Below, piece by piece: positions 47,973-58,780 of a stretch of 64,000 nt of DNA. The translations under genes were made by a program, and so were the position numbers. Below the pieces are notes generated by a model, which did not search any database, was not told where the DNA came from, and was given only the letters and a program-made list of their open reading frames with translations. How positions within the stretch are numbered: the first letter of the stretch is position 1; every line of letters begins with the position of its first letter. This DNA is from Deltaproteobacteria bacterium. Its GTDB lineage: Bacteria > Desulfobacterota > Desulfomonilia > UBA1062. The stretch is taken from NCBI GenBank assembly GCA_029547045.1, contig JAKPQL010000065.1, forward strand, positions 23,402 through 87,401, given 5' to 3'.

Positions 47973-50483
47973 ATGAAGGGTTATGGCACACAGTCGCGGC
48001 TCACGGGGCACCTCGGGCTCCTGGGAGTGCTTGTCGGACTCCTCTTCTGGATCGCAGAGTCGCTGATCCATGTGATCGTCTCCCACGAACATACCCTCCT
48101 CGAGGAGATCCTGTCGCCGGACATCCACGAGGTCTCCGTCAGAACCGTCTTCCTGGTCGCGATCTGTGTCTTCGGGTTCCTGGCACAGAGCCTCGTTGTG
48201 AAAAGAAGGCGGGCCGAGGAGGCCCTGAAGGAGAGCGAGCGCAAGCACCGGCTCATCTTCGAGACGCTCACGGACGTGGTATTCTCCTTGGACACCCAGG
48301 GTCGGCTCACCTACCTCAATCCCCAGTTCGAGAAGATCACCGGGTACCGGCCCGAAGATCTCTACGGCCGTCCGTACACGGACATCATCGACCCCGCGTA
48401 CCACGCACTCACCCTGGACATGTTCCAAAAGGGTCTGTCCGGGCGGGAGAACCCCATGTACCAGATGGACCTCGTCGCCGCGGACGGCAGGAAGATCCCC
48501 ATCGAGATCAATGCCAGGACCGTGTGGGACAGATCGGGCAGGCCCGTCGGCAGGATCGGCGTCGCCCGGGACCTGACCCAGCGGCTGGAGGTGGAGGCTG
48601 CCCTCCGCGAGAGCGAGGAAAAATTCAGGGTCCTGGCGGACTCAACACCAACGGCCATCATGCTCTACCAGAACAACAAGTGGACGTACGCGAACCCGGC
48701 CGCCGAGAGGATCAGCGGATACAGCGCTCAAGAGCTCAGGGAAATGAACTTCTGGGACATCGTGCACCCCGACTACAAGCACCTGGTACAGCAGCGGGGC
48801 CAGAAACGCCAGCAGGGCGAAGACACCATACGGCGGTACGAGTTCAAGATCATCTCCAAACAGGGCAGGGAACTCTGGGTCGACCTCTCCGGCGCCTCGA
48901 CCATGCTGGGCGGGAGCCCGGCGGGAATCATTTCGGTCATGGACATCAACGACCGCAAGATCGCCGAGGAGGCGCTCAGGGAGAGCGAGGCCAAGTACCG
49001 GTCCATCCTCGAGAACATTCAGGAGGGGTATTTCGAGCTCGACCTGGCAGGCACCCTCACCTTCTTCAACGAGTCCCTGTGTGCGATATTCGCTTACCCG
49101 AAAGAGAGGCTCGTGGGGGCCGACGTCGGCAGTTTCATCCCCACGAAATCCAGAAGCCAGTTGGACCGAGTGATGGAGCAGATCAGGCGGACCGGCCTGT
49201 CTGAGGAGATCATCGACCTCGACATACTCAAGGGGGACGGGAATACAGGGGCCATCGCCATGACCATGTCTGCAATCCGTGATTCCTCCGGCTCAGTCAC
49301 CGGTTTCAGGGGGGTGGCCAGGGACGTGACGGAGCACAGGAGGCTCGAGGCCCAGCTCCTCCAGGCCCAGAAGATGGAGGCCATCGGGACCCTTGCGGGA
49401 GGCATCGCCCATGACTTCAACAACCTACTCATGGCCATCCAGGGGAACGTGTCCCTCCTCAGTCTCGACCTGCCGCAGTCTAGCCCCGACCGGAAGCGGA
49501 TCGAACACATCGAGCAGTGCATACGGAGCGGGTCCGACCTCACCCGGCAGCTCCTCGGCTTCGCAAGGGGCGGCAAGTACGAGGTGACGCCCACGGACCT
49601 GAACAGGCTCATCACGAAGACAGCGGACATGTTCGGCCATGCCAGGAAGGAGATCTCCATCCATACGGACCTCGATGAAGGTCTCTGGAGCGTGGAGGTG
49701 GACCAGGGACAGATCGAGCAGGTACTCCTCAACCTGTACGTAAACGCCTGGCACGCCATGCCCGGCGGTGGAGAGCTCTTCCTGAAATCAGACAATCTCA
49801 TCCCTGACGAGAGCTTTACCCAGGCCTACGAAGCAAGGCCCGGCAGGTTCGTGCGCGTCTCGGTCACCGACACCGGGGTGGGGATGGACGAGGCGACCCG
49901 CCAGCGTGTGTTCGAGCCCTTCTTCACCACCAGGGACAAGTCGCGGGGCTCGGGGCTCGGACTCGCCTCGGCCTACGGGATCGTCCGCAACCACGGCGGG
50001 TTCATCAGCGTGTACAGCGAGGTGGGCATGGGATCCACCTTCAACGTCTACCTCCCCGCATCGGACAAGGCCGCCAAGGAGCATGAAGACTCGAAACAAT
50101 CGGATGTCATCAGGGGCACGAAACGGGTGCTGCTCATCGACGACGAGGACATGGTCCTCACGATAGGCGGCGAAATCCTCGAGAAGCTCGGCTATACGGT
50201 CCTGAGGGCGGAAAGCGGCGAAGAGGCGCTGGAGCTGTTCCATGAGCACAAGGACGGGATCGACCTGGTGATTCTGGACATGATCATGCCAGGGATCGGC
50301 GGCTCCGAGGTCTTTGACCGGATCAGGGCAGAATCCCCCGAGGTCAAGGTCATCCTCTCCAGCGGCTACAGCATGAACGACGACACCGACCGGATCATGA
50401 AGCGCGGATGCAACGGGTTCATCCAGAAGCCCTTCGACATACAGACCCTGTCCAGGAAGATCCGCACGGTCCTCGATGTATAA
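47973..50483 (+). CDS. Hybrid sensor histidine kinase / response regulator with multiple PAS domains
   Basis: The product has an N-terminal TM segment and three or four PAS/PAC repeats. The HisKA box is 'GGIAHDFNNLL'. HATPase boxes are 'DTGVGMDE' and 'GSGLGLA'. A C-terminal receiver domain carries 'LLIDDE' and 'ILDMIMPG'. Confidence 0.85.
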   Translation: MKGYGTQSRLTGHLGLLGVLVGLLFWIAESLIHVIVSHEHTLLEEILSPDIHEVSVRTVFLVAICVFGFLAQSLVVKRRRAEEALKESERKHRLIFETLTDVVFSLDTQGRLTYLNPQFEKITGYRPEDLYGRPYTDIIDPAYHALTLDMFQKGLSGRENPMYQMDLVAADGRKIPIEINARTVWDRSGRPVGRIGVARDLTQRLEVEAALRESEEKFRVLADSTPTAIMLYQNNKWTYANPAAERISGYSAQELREMNFWDIVHPDYKHLVQQRGQKRQQGEDTIRRYEFKIISKQGRELWVDLSGASTMLGGSPAGIISVMDINDRKIAEEALRESEAKYRSILENIQEGYFELDLAGTLTFFNESLCAIFAYPKERLVGADVGSFIPTKSRSQLDRVMEQIRRTGLSEEIIDLDILKGDGNTGAIAMTMSAIRDSSGSVTGFRGVARDVTEHRRLEAQLLQAQKMEAIGTLAGGIAHDFNNLLMAIQGNVSLLSLDLPQSSPDRKRIEHIEQCIRSGSDLTRQLLGFARGGKYEVTPTDLNRLITKTADMFGHARKEISIHTDLDEGLWSVEVDQGQIEQVLLNLYVNAWHAMPGGGELFLKSDNLIPDESFTQAYEARPGRFVRVSVTDTGVGMDEATRQRVFEPFFTTRDKSRGSGLGLASAYGIVRNHGGFISVYSEVGMGSTFNVYLPASDKAAKEHEDSKQSDVIRGTKRVLLIDDEDMVLTIGGEILEKLGYTVLRAESGEEALELFHEHKDGIDLVILDMIMPGIGGSEVFDRIRAESPEVKVILSSGYSMNDDTDRIMKRGCNGFIQKPFDIQTLSRKIRTVLDV

Positions 50484-50487
50484 AAAA

Positions 50488-50519
50488 CGGGAGGGGAGCA
50501 TCGTTATCCCCCCCTCCCG
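50488..50519 (-). terminator. Rho-independent terminator hairpin (CGGGAGGGG...CCCCTCCCG) followed by a U-tract on the minus strand; bidirectional between the hybrid kinase and the acyl-CoA dehydrogenase
   Basis: The 9-bp GC stem is flanked by 'taaaaaac' on the plus strand, which reads as a U6 run after the hairpin on the minus strand. Confidence 0.5.
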
Positions 50520-50573
50520 GTTCATACGTGCCGGTGATCCGGCATGTGCTTACCGTTCTAGACCAGGCCTACC

Positions 50574-52289
50574 CTACTCGTTCATGGCGTACTCACCGTT
50601 GAGCACGGCCAGGTACTTCTCCCACACCTTGTTGTACTGCTCGGGGTTCGGGACCGCCTTGATGAGCATGATCTTGGTGCAGTACTCGCGCTGGGCGTCC
50701 GTGGAGCTGTGGTTGCCGTAGATCTGCAGGCCGAAGTGGGCGAAGTCGCGCACCATGAAGTCGAAGATCTGGTTGATGACGTCGTCGTCAACCTTGTCGA
50801 ACTTGGCCTGCTCGAGGATGAGCTGGCCGTAGACCACGATGGAGAACATCTCGCCCACGGGCAGCGACCACGAGGGGTCCATGTCCTGGGCCTTGCTGGG
50901 GCCGGCCTTTTCCAGCATCTCCTTGAAGATCTCTATCTGCTGCATGAAGGTGGCCACGTTCGGGAGCTTCTTGTTGGCCTCGAAGACCGGCTTGTAGTCG
51001 TGGAACTGGACCGAGCCCAGACCCTTCGTGGGTCCCTGGTTGAAGAGGAACTCGTCGTCCTTGAGCGAGAAGTCGGGAGAGACGGGCGCGTACTCGGCCG
51101 GGTTGAAGAAGTAGTTCTTCATGAACTTCCGGATGAGCTGCACGTTCACGTGCACCGTGCCCTCGAGCTTGGACGGGCCGCGCACGTCGGCGGCGGCCAT
51201 GTGGAAGTAGGTGTCCTTCTCGAAACCCTTGGCCGCGATGACATCCCAGAGCAGGTTGATGACGTCCTCGCTTTGCAGGGTCACCTTCATCTTGCTCGTG
51301 GGGTTGTAGAGGAGGTAGCGCCGGTCATTGGCGTTTGAGTTCCGGAAGTAATCCGTGGCTCGGCGCTGGTACATCTTCATGGCCACGAGCCTGAGCCATG
51401 CGTCCATGAAGTTCTTGCGCACGTGGGGCATGTCCGTGACCTTCATGCCGTAGAGGATGCGGTTGGAGGCGTGGGTGATGGCCTCGTAGAAGCAGTGCTC
51501 GGCCACGCCGATGGAGGCGGGCCCGATGTTGAACTTGCCGATGTTCACCGTGTTCAGCGCCGAGTCCCACGCGTGCGGGCCCCTCGAGAGGATGTCGTCG
51601 GCGGTGATGGGGTAGTCGTGGAGCGCGAAGTTGGACACGTACTCCTGGTGGCTGATGACGTTCTTCTTCAGCTCGTAGGCCTTGTGGCGGTAGTTGGTGA
51701 CGAAGAAGGTGTAGTCGTCCGTGCCGTCCTTGACCTTGCCCAGGGTGGAGACCATTTCGGCCTCGTTGCCATTGCCGATGTAGTACTTCTCGCCGTTGGC
51801 CACGAACGTGCCGTCGCCCTTGGGGGTCAGCGTGGTCTCGGTGGAGTAGATATCCGCGCCGTGGGTACGCTCGGACAGGCCGAAGGCGAAGATGGCCCCG
51901 CCCCGGAGCAGCTCTGCGGCCCTCTGCTTGGCCTTCTCGTTCGTGCCCATCCAGATGGGGCCCAGGCCCAGGATGGTCACCTGGAAGCAGTACCAGTAGC
52001 CCAGCCCGTAGAAGGCGAGCAGCTCGGAGTACTCGGAGTTGCGCGCCGTGTCCCAGCGGGCGTCCGGGTCGCCGCCCGCGTACTTCTTGGGCGTGAGCAG
52101 CTTGAAGAAGATCCGCTCGCGGGCGAGGAAGTCGATGAACTCACGGTACCATATCGTCCTGTGGTAGTCATCGAGGAGCCTCTGCTTTCCCATGTTCTCG
52201 AAGAAGGCTATGGTCTTGTCCATGATGGCCTTGGACCCTTCGTCGGCCATGAGGCTCTTGTACTTCTTTGGCTGGATCAGATAGTTCAT
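50574..52289 (-). CDS. Acyl-CoA dehydrogenase family protein (long N-terminal form)
   Basis: The 572-aa product shows ACAD N-, middle- and C-domains ('GLSERTHGADIYSTETTL', 'YYIGNGNEAEM'). AGGAGAG RBS is present. Confidence 0.85.
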   Translation of the reverse strand: MNYLIQPKKYKSLMADEGSKAIMDKTIAFFENMGKQRLLDDYHRTIWYREFIDFLARERIFFKLLTPKKYAGGDPDARWDTARNSEYSELLAFYGLGYWYCFQVTILGLGPIWMGTNEKAKQRAAELLRGGAIFAFGLSERTHGADIYSTETTLTPKGDGTFVANGEKYYIGNGNEAEMVSTLGKVKDGTDDYTFFVTNYRHKAYELKKNVISHQEYVSNFALHDYPITADDILSRGPHAWDSALNTVNIGKFNIGPASIGVAEHCFYEAITHASNRILYGMKVTDMPHVRKNFMDAWLRLVAMKMYQRRATDYFRNSNANDRRYLLYNPTSKMKVTLQSEDVINLLWDVIAAKGFEKDTYFHMAAADVRGPSKLEGTVHVNVQLIRKFMKNYFFNPAEYAPVSPDFSLKDDEFLFNQGPTKGLGSVQFHDYKPVFEANKKLPNVATFMQQIEIFKEMLEKAGPSKAQDMDPSWSLPVGEMFSIVVYGQLILEQAKFDKVDDDVINQIFDFMVRDFAHFGLQIYGNHSSTDAQREYCTKIMLIKAVPNPEQYNKVWEKYLAVLNGEYAMNE

Positions 52290-52458
52290 ATCACTCTCCT
52301 TTTCTCGGTTCTTGACGGATTCACGAAACCCTAGGGTGCCAGTTCTCCCCTGCGGGTACAGGGGGGAACGGAACCTTTTTTTCATACACGATCGTGCCGA
52401 AAAAGAAAACGTATTTTGTGAAACGATCGTTCACGGTTCTTTTACACGGCAAGCGTTC

Positions 52459-53817
52459 TCAGACGTTCACCGGCATTGTCGCAGGGATCAGGAGACCGGC
52501 CTCGAAGGCCTGCCTCTCCAGGTCCTCCCGGAAGTCCGGGTGCGCTATGGAGATCATGGACTTTACCCTGTCCGGGATGGACTTCATGTAGATGTCCGCC
52601 ACGCCGTACTCGGTGACTATGTACATGGCGTCGGACCGGGGCGTGGTCACCACGGTTCCCGGTGCGAAGTTCAGCACGATCCTGGACATGAGAGAACCGT
52701 CCTTGTTTTTACCCGTGGCCGGCAGGGCGATGAACGACTTGCCGCCCTTGGAGGCTATGGCACCGCGGACGAAGTCCGCCTGGCCGCCCGTGGCGCTGTA
52801 CTGCGTATGGCCGATGGTCTCGGACGCGATCTGTCCGGTAAGGTCCACGGTCAGCGCTGAATTGATGGAGCACAGGTTGTCGTGACGCCTGATGGTGTCG
52901 TAGTGGTTTGCGATCTGGATGGGCATGGCCAGGATGGTCGGGTTGTCGTCGCAGAAGTCCAGGAGTCTCTTGGTACCGATGATCAGTCCTCCCACCGCGA
53001 TCTTGTCACGGAAGATGGTCTTCTTCCTTCCGGTGATCACCCCGAGCTCGGCCAGCTCGGCCACAGCGTCGGAAAGAATCTCCGCATGGACTCCCAGATC
53101 CTTCTTCTCGTGGAGGAAGTAGGCAACGGCATTGGGAATGCCGCCGATGCCCAGCTGGATGGTGGATCCGTCCGGGATGCGTTCGGCAATGAACTCGCCG
53201 ATCCTCTTTTCCACATCCGTTATCTCGATCTCGGGCACGACAGGGAGATCATGGTCCTTTTCCACGATGAAGTCCACCTCGCTCACGTGGATCACATTCT
53301 CGATGCCATGGATCCACGGTGCCCTGCTGTTCACCTGGGCGATCACCTTTCTGCACCTCTTCGTTGCGTACCTCCCATAGACCACCCCGCAGGGGCCGAA
53401 GTTCATGTATCCGCGGTCATCCGGCGGGGTTACCTCTATCATGGCCACGTCGTGAGCCCGGGCCTGATCAAGGGCGATATAGGCCTTGGAGAGGTGCATG
53501 GGAAAGGGCACCACATTCCCCTGGGGCAGGAACATCCTCTCCAGTGGGCCGCAGTAGCCGCTGTAGTACGTGATCTTGCCGACATAATCGCCCCCCAGGA
53601 ACGCAAAGGGGTATATGAGAAGGTTGCTCGCGATCTTCACCTTCTGAAGCTCGTCCTTGCGCGCTGCCAGCGCGTTCAGGATGTCTATCGGTGCACTGTT
53701 GACCGGCGGCACGATGATCCAGTCGCCCGATTTGACCTGGGCTGCTGCCTCCTCGGCCGTCACGAGCTTGCCCTTGTAGTCTTCCCTCCATCTCCCCGGT
53801 ACTGCCTTTCCCGTCAT
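52459..53817 (-). CDS. Acetyl-CoA hydrolase/transferase family protein (4-hydroxybutyrate / succinyl-CoA:acetate CoA-transferase-like)
   Basis: The product has two CoA-transferase halves and a catalytic-Glu region 'GIGGIPNAV'. GGAGGACAC RBS is present. Confidence 0.85.
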   Translation of the reverse strand: MTGKAVPGRWREDYKGKLVTAEEAAAQVKSGDWIIVPPVNSAPIDILNALAARKDELQKVKIASNLLIYPFAFLGGDYVGKITYYSGYCGPLERMFLPQGNVVPFPMHLSKAYIALDQARAHDVAMIEVTPPDDRGYMNFGPCGVVYGRYATKRCRKVIAQVNSRAPWIHGIENVIHVSEVDFIVEKDHDLPVVPEIEITDVEKRIGEFIAERIPDGSTIQLGIGGIPNAVAYFLHEKKDLGVHAEILSDAVAELAELGVITGRKKTIFRDKIAVGGLIIGTKRLLDFCDDNPTILAMPIQIANHYDTIRRHDNLCSINSALTVDLTGQIASETIGHTQYSATGGQADFVRGAIASKGGKSFIALPATGKNKDGSLMSRIVLNFAPGTVVTTPRSDAMYIVTEYGVADIYMKSIPDRVKSMISIAHPDFREDLERQAFEAGLLIPATMPVNV

Positions 53818-53843
53818 GGTGTCCTCCTTGGATGCGTGAATGG

Positions 53844-53859
53844 CCTGCAGAGCAGCAGG
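53844..53859 (-). promoter_or_regulatory. Sigma-54 promoter (minus strand TGGCAC-agctc-cTGCT) upstream of the CoA-transferase / acyl-CoA dehydrogenase operon
   Basis: The spacing between GG and GC is correct. The site lies about 27 nt upstream of the start codon and is divergent from the sigma-54 activator gene. Confidence 0.5.
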
Positions 53860-54019
53860 AGCTGTGCCATACGTGACATTTCCACATCATTCCAACATTA
53901 TTGACGTTTTATTTCGCGATACCGACGACCTGCCCATATTTCGTCAGCATGTGCCCAAATGTTGTCTTGCCTCCGCGGAGGAAGGGGGTTATACCGGGAG
54001 AACGCCCGGGGGGTTCATC

Positions 54020-57000
54020 ATGGCAGACCTGAAGACCAGACACTGGGAGACCCTGGCACTGCTCAGGGCAGTCGGGGAACCTGCGGATTCAGACCTCGTG
54101 TCTGCCCTTGTCCCGCTGAGCCCCACAGAGCTGCAGGATTTTCTGCGCGCCGGGTTTGACGCTGGCCTCGTGCTCATCCATTCCGACGGCCGCATCGCAC
54201 TGACACGGGACCTGCCTCACGAGGTCATCCGGAAGCTGACCCGCATCACCACCAGGGAGCACCTCTCGGGGCTCATCGAGAGGATACGGCGGCTCGGGTT
54301 GCAGGAGAGCCTGCCCGGCCGCGCACTTGTCTCGCTCCTGGCGAAGGCTGGCCGCGACCACGAGGCCGCCGTGTTCGCCGGGGAATCGGCCCGGAGGTGC
54401 GTCCGCACCGGAGACAAGCAGGAGGCCCTGGACCTCCTGGAGACTGCCCTGGCGCTGGCAGGTCCGCATATCGGAAGGCCCGAGTGGGACCCGCTCTTTC
54501 TTGGCACGGCAAACGAGCTGTGCCGCCTGCGGCTCAACCTCACCCGGGACATCCACGGCATCCCCGCGATCCTCGAGCAGGCCTACCCTGTTGCCGAACG
54601 GCTCGGCGACCGCAGGACGCTCGCCCGCTGTGACCTTGTCATGGGACTGTACCGCTACATCATCGGCCGTACCGCCGAAGGACTCGGACTCATCGCCTCG
54701 GGGCTCGATCAGGCCCGGGCACTGGGAGACGATGACATCATGGCCGCCTCGGCCGAGTTCAGGGGCATCTACTACTACCTTCAGGGCATGTACAAGGAGG
54801 CCGTGGACAGCTTCGAGGCCGTGGTGCGCCTCGCCGGGAAGGCGCCCACCTTCCTCCCCGAGCACCTGGCGTCGTCTTCGGCCCTGGGCTACTGCTGCGC
54901 CCTGCTGGGACAGTACCACCGCGCCGTGGGCGTACTCGACTCCCACTGGCGCAGGTCAAAAATGACCGGGAACGACCGCAACACCTGCTTCTTCGAGGCC
55001 CTGCTCGGCATCGTGCTCATCATCATGGGGCGGAGGGAAGAGGCGCACGAGCACCTCCTCTGCGCCCTCAGGGAGGCCGAGGAAAACGGCAATGTCCCTG
55101 CCCTGCATGTGGTCCAGAAGGGGCTCGCCTACTACAGCTACTTCGAGGGCGACCTCGAGGAGGCATACCGGATCACCAGGGACACGGTCTACGCCGAGGC
55201 CATCGGACCCCAGTACAACTGGCCCGTCACCCTGGAGATGCTCCATGCCTTCCAGGCCAGGGGCCTTCCGCCCATCCCCTCCTTCGGCTTCGAGGAGGAG
55301 ATGGCGCGCGTCCTGTCCGGGCCCAACATCCACCTGCGGGGGGTGGCGCTTCGTCTGCGCGCCCTCCAGGCCCGCAGCAGGGACGAGGGCCCGGAGGTGG
55401 TGCTCCAGCTCCTGGAGGCCAGCGAGGCCGACCTGCTCAGGACCGGCGACACCATCGAGCTCGCCAAGACCCGCGCCGAGATGGCACGGGTTAAGCTCAC
55501 ACAGCGAGACCGCGCCGCTGCCCGCAACCTTGCCCTCATGGCATGGGAAGGACTGGGGGGATATGGCAGGGATTTCTTTCCGCACGATCTCACGTCCCTC
55601 CTGGGCACAGGCGCCACGAACAGGGTCCCGCCACGAAGGAAGGACCTCATGGACCGCTTCATGGATCTCCTGGACGAGTTTGTGCCCAGTACGGACCTCG
55701 ATGAGCTCCTCGCCCGCCTCGTATCGGCCGCGGGCAGGTTCTTCGGCGCCGAGCGCGGCGGTCTGTTCTGGTTTTCCGGTCCGAAGGAGACGGCCAGGCC
55801 GGTGCTGAGGGCCTCGTTCAACCTCGACAGGGCAGAGGTCTTCTCCGAAGATTTCCGTTCAACACTGGGGCTCATATTCAAGGTCTTCCGGAACGCCGAA
55901 CCGCTGGTGATCCGCCCGTCCGGCGACTCCCGCGGCGCCGTGAAGCACCAGACCCTGGCCGTCATCTGCCTGCCCGTGGTGGTCTCCAGCGAGGTGGCCG
56001 GGGTGCTGTACCTGGACAACACCTACCTCAACCCTGCGGGCGAAGTCATCGACCGGGACGTGGTGGTCAGGGTGGCCCGCCACATCAGCGTCTCCATCGA
56101 ACGTATCCTCCACTACACCGCCATGATGGACGCCCACACCTCTCGGTTCTCTTCAGCCCATGTCATGGAGGAGGGCGCGTCTGTGCCGGGAGATATCCTC
56201 GGGCACAGCCCGGTCATAACCGCGCTGCTCGCCCAGGCAGACCAGGCCGCCGGCACCGACGCCACTGTGCTCATCACCGGGGAGACGGGCTCAGGCAAGG
56301 AACTCCTGGCCCGCAGGATCCACGACATGGGGAAGCGCAAGGCCGGACCCTTCGTCGTGGTGGATCTGGCCGCAGTGCCTGAAGCGCTGGTGGAGAGCGA
56401 ACTCTTCGGCCACGAGAAAGGCGCCTTCACGGGCGCAGACCGCCAGAAGCAGGGCAGGGTCGAGCTGGCTCACACTGGAACGCTCTTCATCGACGAGATC
56501 GGCGACGTGCCCCCGTCGGTCCAGGTGAAGCTGCTGGGTGCTCCAGGAGAAGAGCTTCACCCGCGTGGGCGGAACCCGCGCCATGGTATCCGATTTCCGG
56601 CTCGTGGCCGCCACCAACCGCGACCTGAAAAAGGACATGGAAGACGGCCGCTTCCGTCAGGACCTCTACTTCAGGCTCAACGTGGTGCCGCTGGTTCTTC
56701 CTCCGCTGCGCGAACGCGGATCCGACGTGGTGCTCCTGGCGCGGGAGTTCCTTGGCCAGTATGCCAGGAAATACCACCGGTCCCTGCCCGACCTCTTGGA
56801 CGAGGACATCCGGGCGATCACGACCTACCCATGGCCTGGAAACGTGCGGGAGCTGAAAAATGTGATGGAGCGCGCCGCCATCCTCTCCTCACCGGAGAGG
56901 CTGCTGCTGAACCTGCCCCTTCCCCCGGCCAGTGGCCGGGAACCCCAGTTCACGGACAGGCCCACCATGGACGAGCTCCAGCGCCGGTACATCACCCATG

Positions 57001-57110
57001 TGCTCGGCATCACGGGTGGACGCATCGGCGGGCCCGGGGGCGCGGCCAGGATCCTGGGCATGAAACGCACCACGCTGCAGGCGCGGATGAGGAAACTCGG
57101 GATCACCTGA
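54020..57110 (+). pseudogene. Sigma-54-dependent transcriptional activator with a large N-terminal helical-repeat domain, GAF domain, AAA+ sigma-54 domain and Fis-type HTH; frame disrupted near 56538
   Basis: Frame A carries '...[15 protein letters not shown]...GAFTGA...[16 protein letters not shown]' and frame B continues '(R)[13 protein letters not shown]...[13 protein letters not shown]...[13 protein letters not shown]'. The conserved LLRVLQE motif is reduced to 'ctgctgg|gtgctc', which implies a net 2-nt loss. A sequencing error is possible. Confidence 0.8.
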
Positions 57111-57161
57111 GGGGCATCCGCAGGGCCCCCGAAGTCTCGACGCGGCTTTGTGCACGGATGG

Positions 57162-58652
57162 CTAGCGCACCTCCACCCGGATGTTGCCGGTCCGGCCGGT
57201 CCGGTGGTCCAGCGCCATGAGCGTCACCTTCTGGCCGGACTCCAGGACGCCGGCGCCCTGCACGAACTCCTCCACGCCTTCCACCGGCTGTCCCTCAATG
57301 CCTAAGATGACATCATTGAGTTCGAACCCCACCTTCGCCATGGGGCCCTTGGGGTCGAGCCACTTGATGGCCACGCCCTGGCCTTTCTCGAGGCCGTAGC
57401 GCTCCTGTTCTTTGTCGGAAAGCTCCCGCACGTCCACGCCCAGCTTTTCACGCAGGGACGATGCGATGAAACGGGCCGAGTCCTCGAGGTTTCCCACCTT
57501 CACTGAGATGGTGAGCCGCTTCCCGCCACGCATGATGCCGAGCTTCACATCCTTTCCCAGGGGCATGCCCGCGATGAGGTTGCGCAGCGTGCTGGAATCG
57601 GGGATGTCTTTCCCGTCCAGGGTCATGATCACGTCCTCCGGGAGGATCCCCGCAGCTGCGGCCGGGCCTCCCTTGACCACGTCCACCACGAAGGCGCCCC
57701 TGGGCGAATCCAGCTTCAGGGCCTTCATCTTGGCAAAGGGCACATCCTGTATGGTGATGCCGAGCCAGCCCCTGGTGACCTTGCCGGTTTTCATGAGCGA
57801 CCTGGCGATGTGCACGGCCATGTTGCTGGGTATGGCGAACCCCAGGCCCTCGGAGCCCCCGGACTGAGAGGCGATGACCGCGTTGACGCCGATGACCTGG
57901 CCGTCGAGGTTCAGCAGCGGCCCGCCGCTGTTGCCCGGGTTGATGGCCGCATCGGTCTGGAGGAAGTCCTGGTAGGTGTTGGGGTCTGTGATGCCCTTGC
58001 GGTGCTTGGCACTGATGATGCCCTGGGTCACGGTCTGGTCCAGACCCCTCGGGTGTCCGATGGCCACCACCCACTCCCCCACCTGCACCTTGTCGGAGTC
58101 GCCGAAGGTGACGAAGGGGAGTTTCGTTTCAGCCGCCACCTTGATCACGGCCAGGTCCGTCCTGGGGTCTGCACCGATGATCTTCGCCTTGTACTGGTTT
58201 CCGTCGGACAGGATCACCTGGATCTCGGTTGCGCCGTCCACCACGTGGTTGTTGGTGAGGATGTAGCCGTCGGTGCTCATGATCATGCCGGTGCCGATCC
58301 CCCTGAACTCGCGCTTGAACTGCCGCGGCCCCTGGGGAAAGTTGAAGAAGTGGCGGAAGAACGGGTCGCTCTCGAAGGGGGAAAAGGGATTCGCCACCTC
58401 CTGGCTCTGGGTCACCTCGATGTGCACCACCGCCGGGATGTTCTTCTGTGCCACCTGGACGATTATGGTCCTGAAGTCCTTCTCGCTCACAACGGTCTGT
58501 TTCGTTTCTTCCTGGGTGATGGAGTCGTCGATGGACTTGAACCTGGGGCTGTAGATGGACACCTTTTCGTCATCACCCCTGGTACATGAAGCCATGGACC
58601 ATACAACAATGACCAGGAGCACTGCAAGACAGCGGACACTGCTGCTCTTCAT
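57162..58652 (-). CDS. degP: Do/DegP/HtrA family periplasmic serine endopeptidase with two PDZ domains
   Basis: The product has a signal peptide and the catalytic triad motifs 'LTNNHVV', 'D...DLAV' and 'GNSGGPL'. Confidence 0.9.
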   Translation of the reverse strand: MKSSSVRCLAVLLVIVVWSMASCTRGDDEKVSIYSPRFKSIDDSITQEETKQTVVSEKDFRTIIVQVAQKNIPAVVHIEVTQSQEVANPFSPFESDPFFRHFFNFPQGPRQFKREFRGIGTGMIMSTDGYILTNNHVVDGATEIQVILSDGNQYKAKIIGADPRTDLAVIKVAAETKLPFVTFGDSDKVQVGEWVVAIGHPRGLDQTVTQGIISAKHRKGITDPNTYQDFLQTDAAINPGNSGGPLLNLDGQVIGVNAVIASQSGGSEGLGFAIPSNMAVHIARSLMKTGKVTRGWLGITIQDVPFAKMKALKLDSPRGAFVVDVVKGGPAAAAGILPEDVIMTLDGKDIPDSSTLRNLIAGMPLGKDVKLGIMRGGKRLTISVKVGNLEDSARFIASSLREKLGVDVRELSDKEQERYGLEKGQGVAIKWLDPKGPMAKVGFELNDVILGIEGQPVEGVEEFVQGAGVLESGQKVTLMALDHRTGRTGNIRVEVR

Positions 58653-58780
58653 GGATCCCTCCCTTCACTGCGTTGGGGATATCATACCACCAGAAAGCAT
58701 TCAAGCAAGAGCCGTCTCTTTTGTGGATTGCCCTTGCCGGTACTTGGTGCTATAGACTGCCGACGGTTAGCGAGGCGGCC

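Noticed and set aside
52290-52458. Hairpin CCCCTG-cgggta-CAGGGG followed 11 nt later by T7, lying between the CoA-transferase and the acyl-CoA dehydrogenase genes; considered as a terminator or sigma-54 promoter
   Set aside because: It is oriented for the plus strand, where no gene ends. On the minus strand the A-tract precedes the stem. I found no -24/-12 element here. It could be an incidental structure or an RNA processing site, and I cannot decide from sequence alone.
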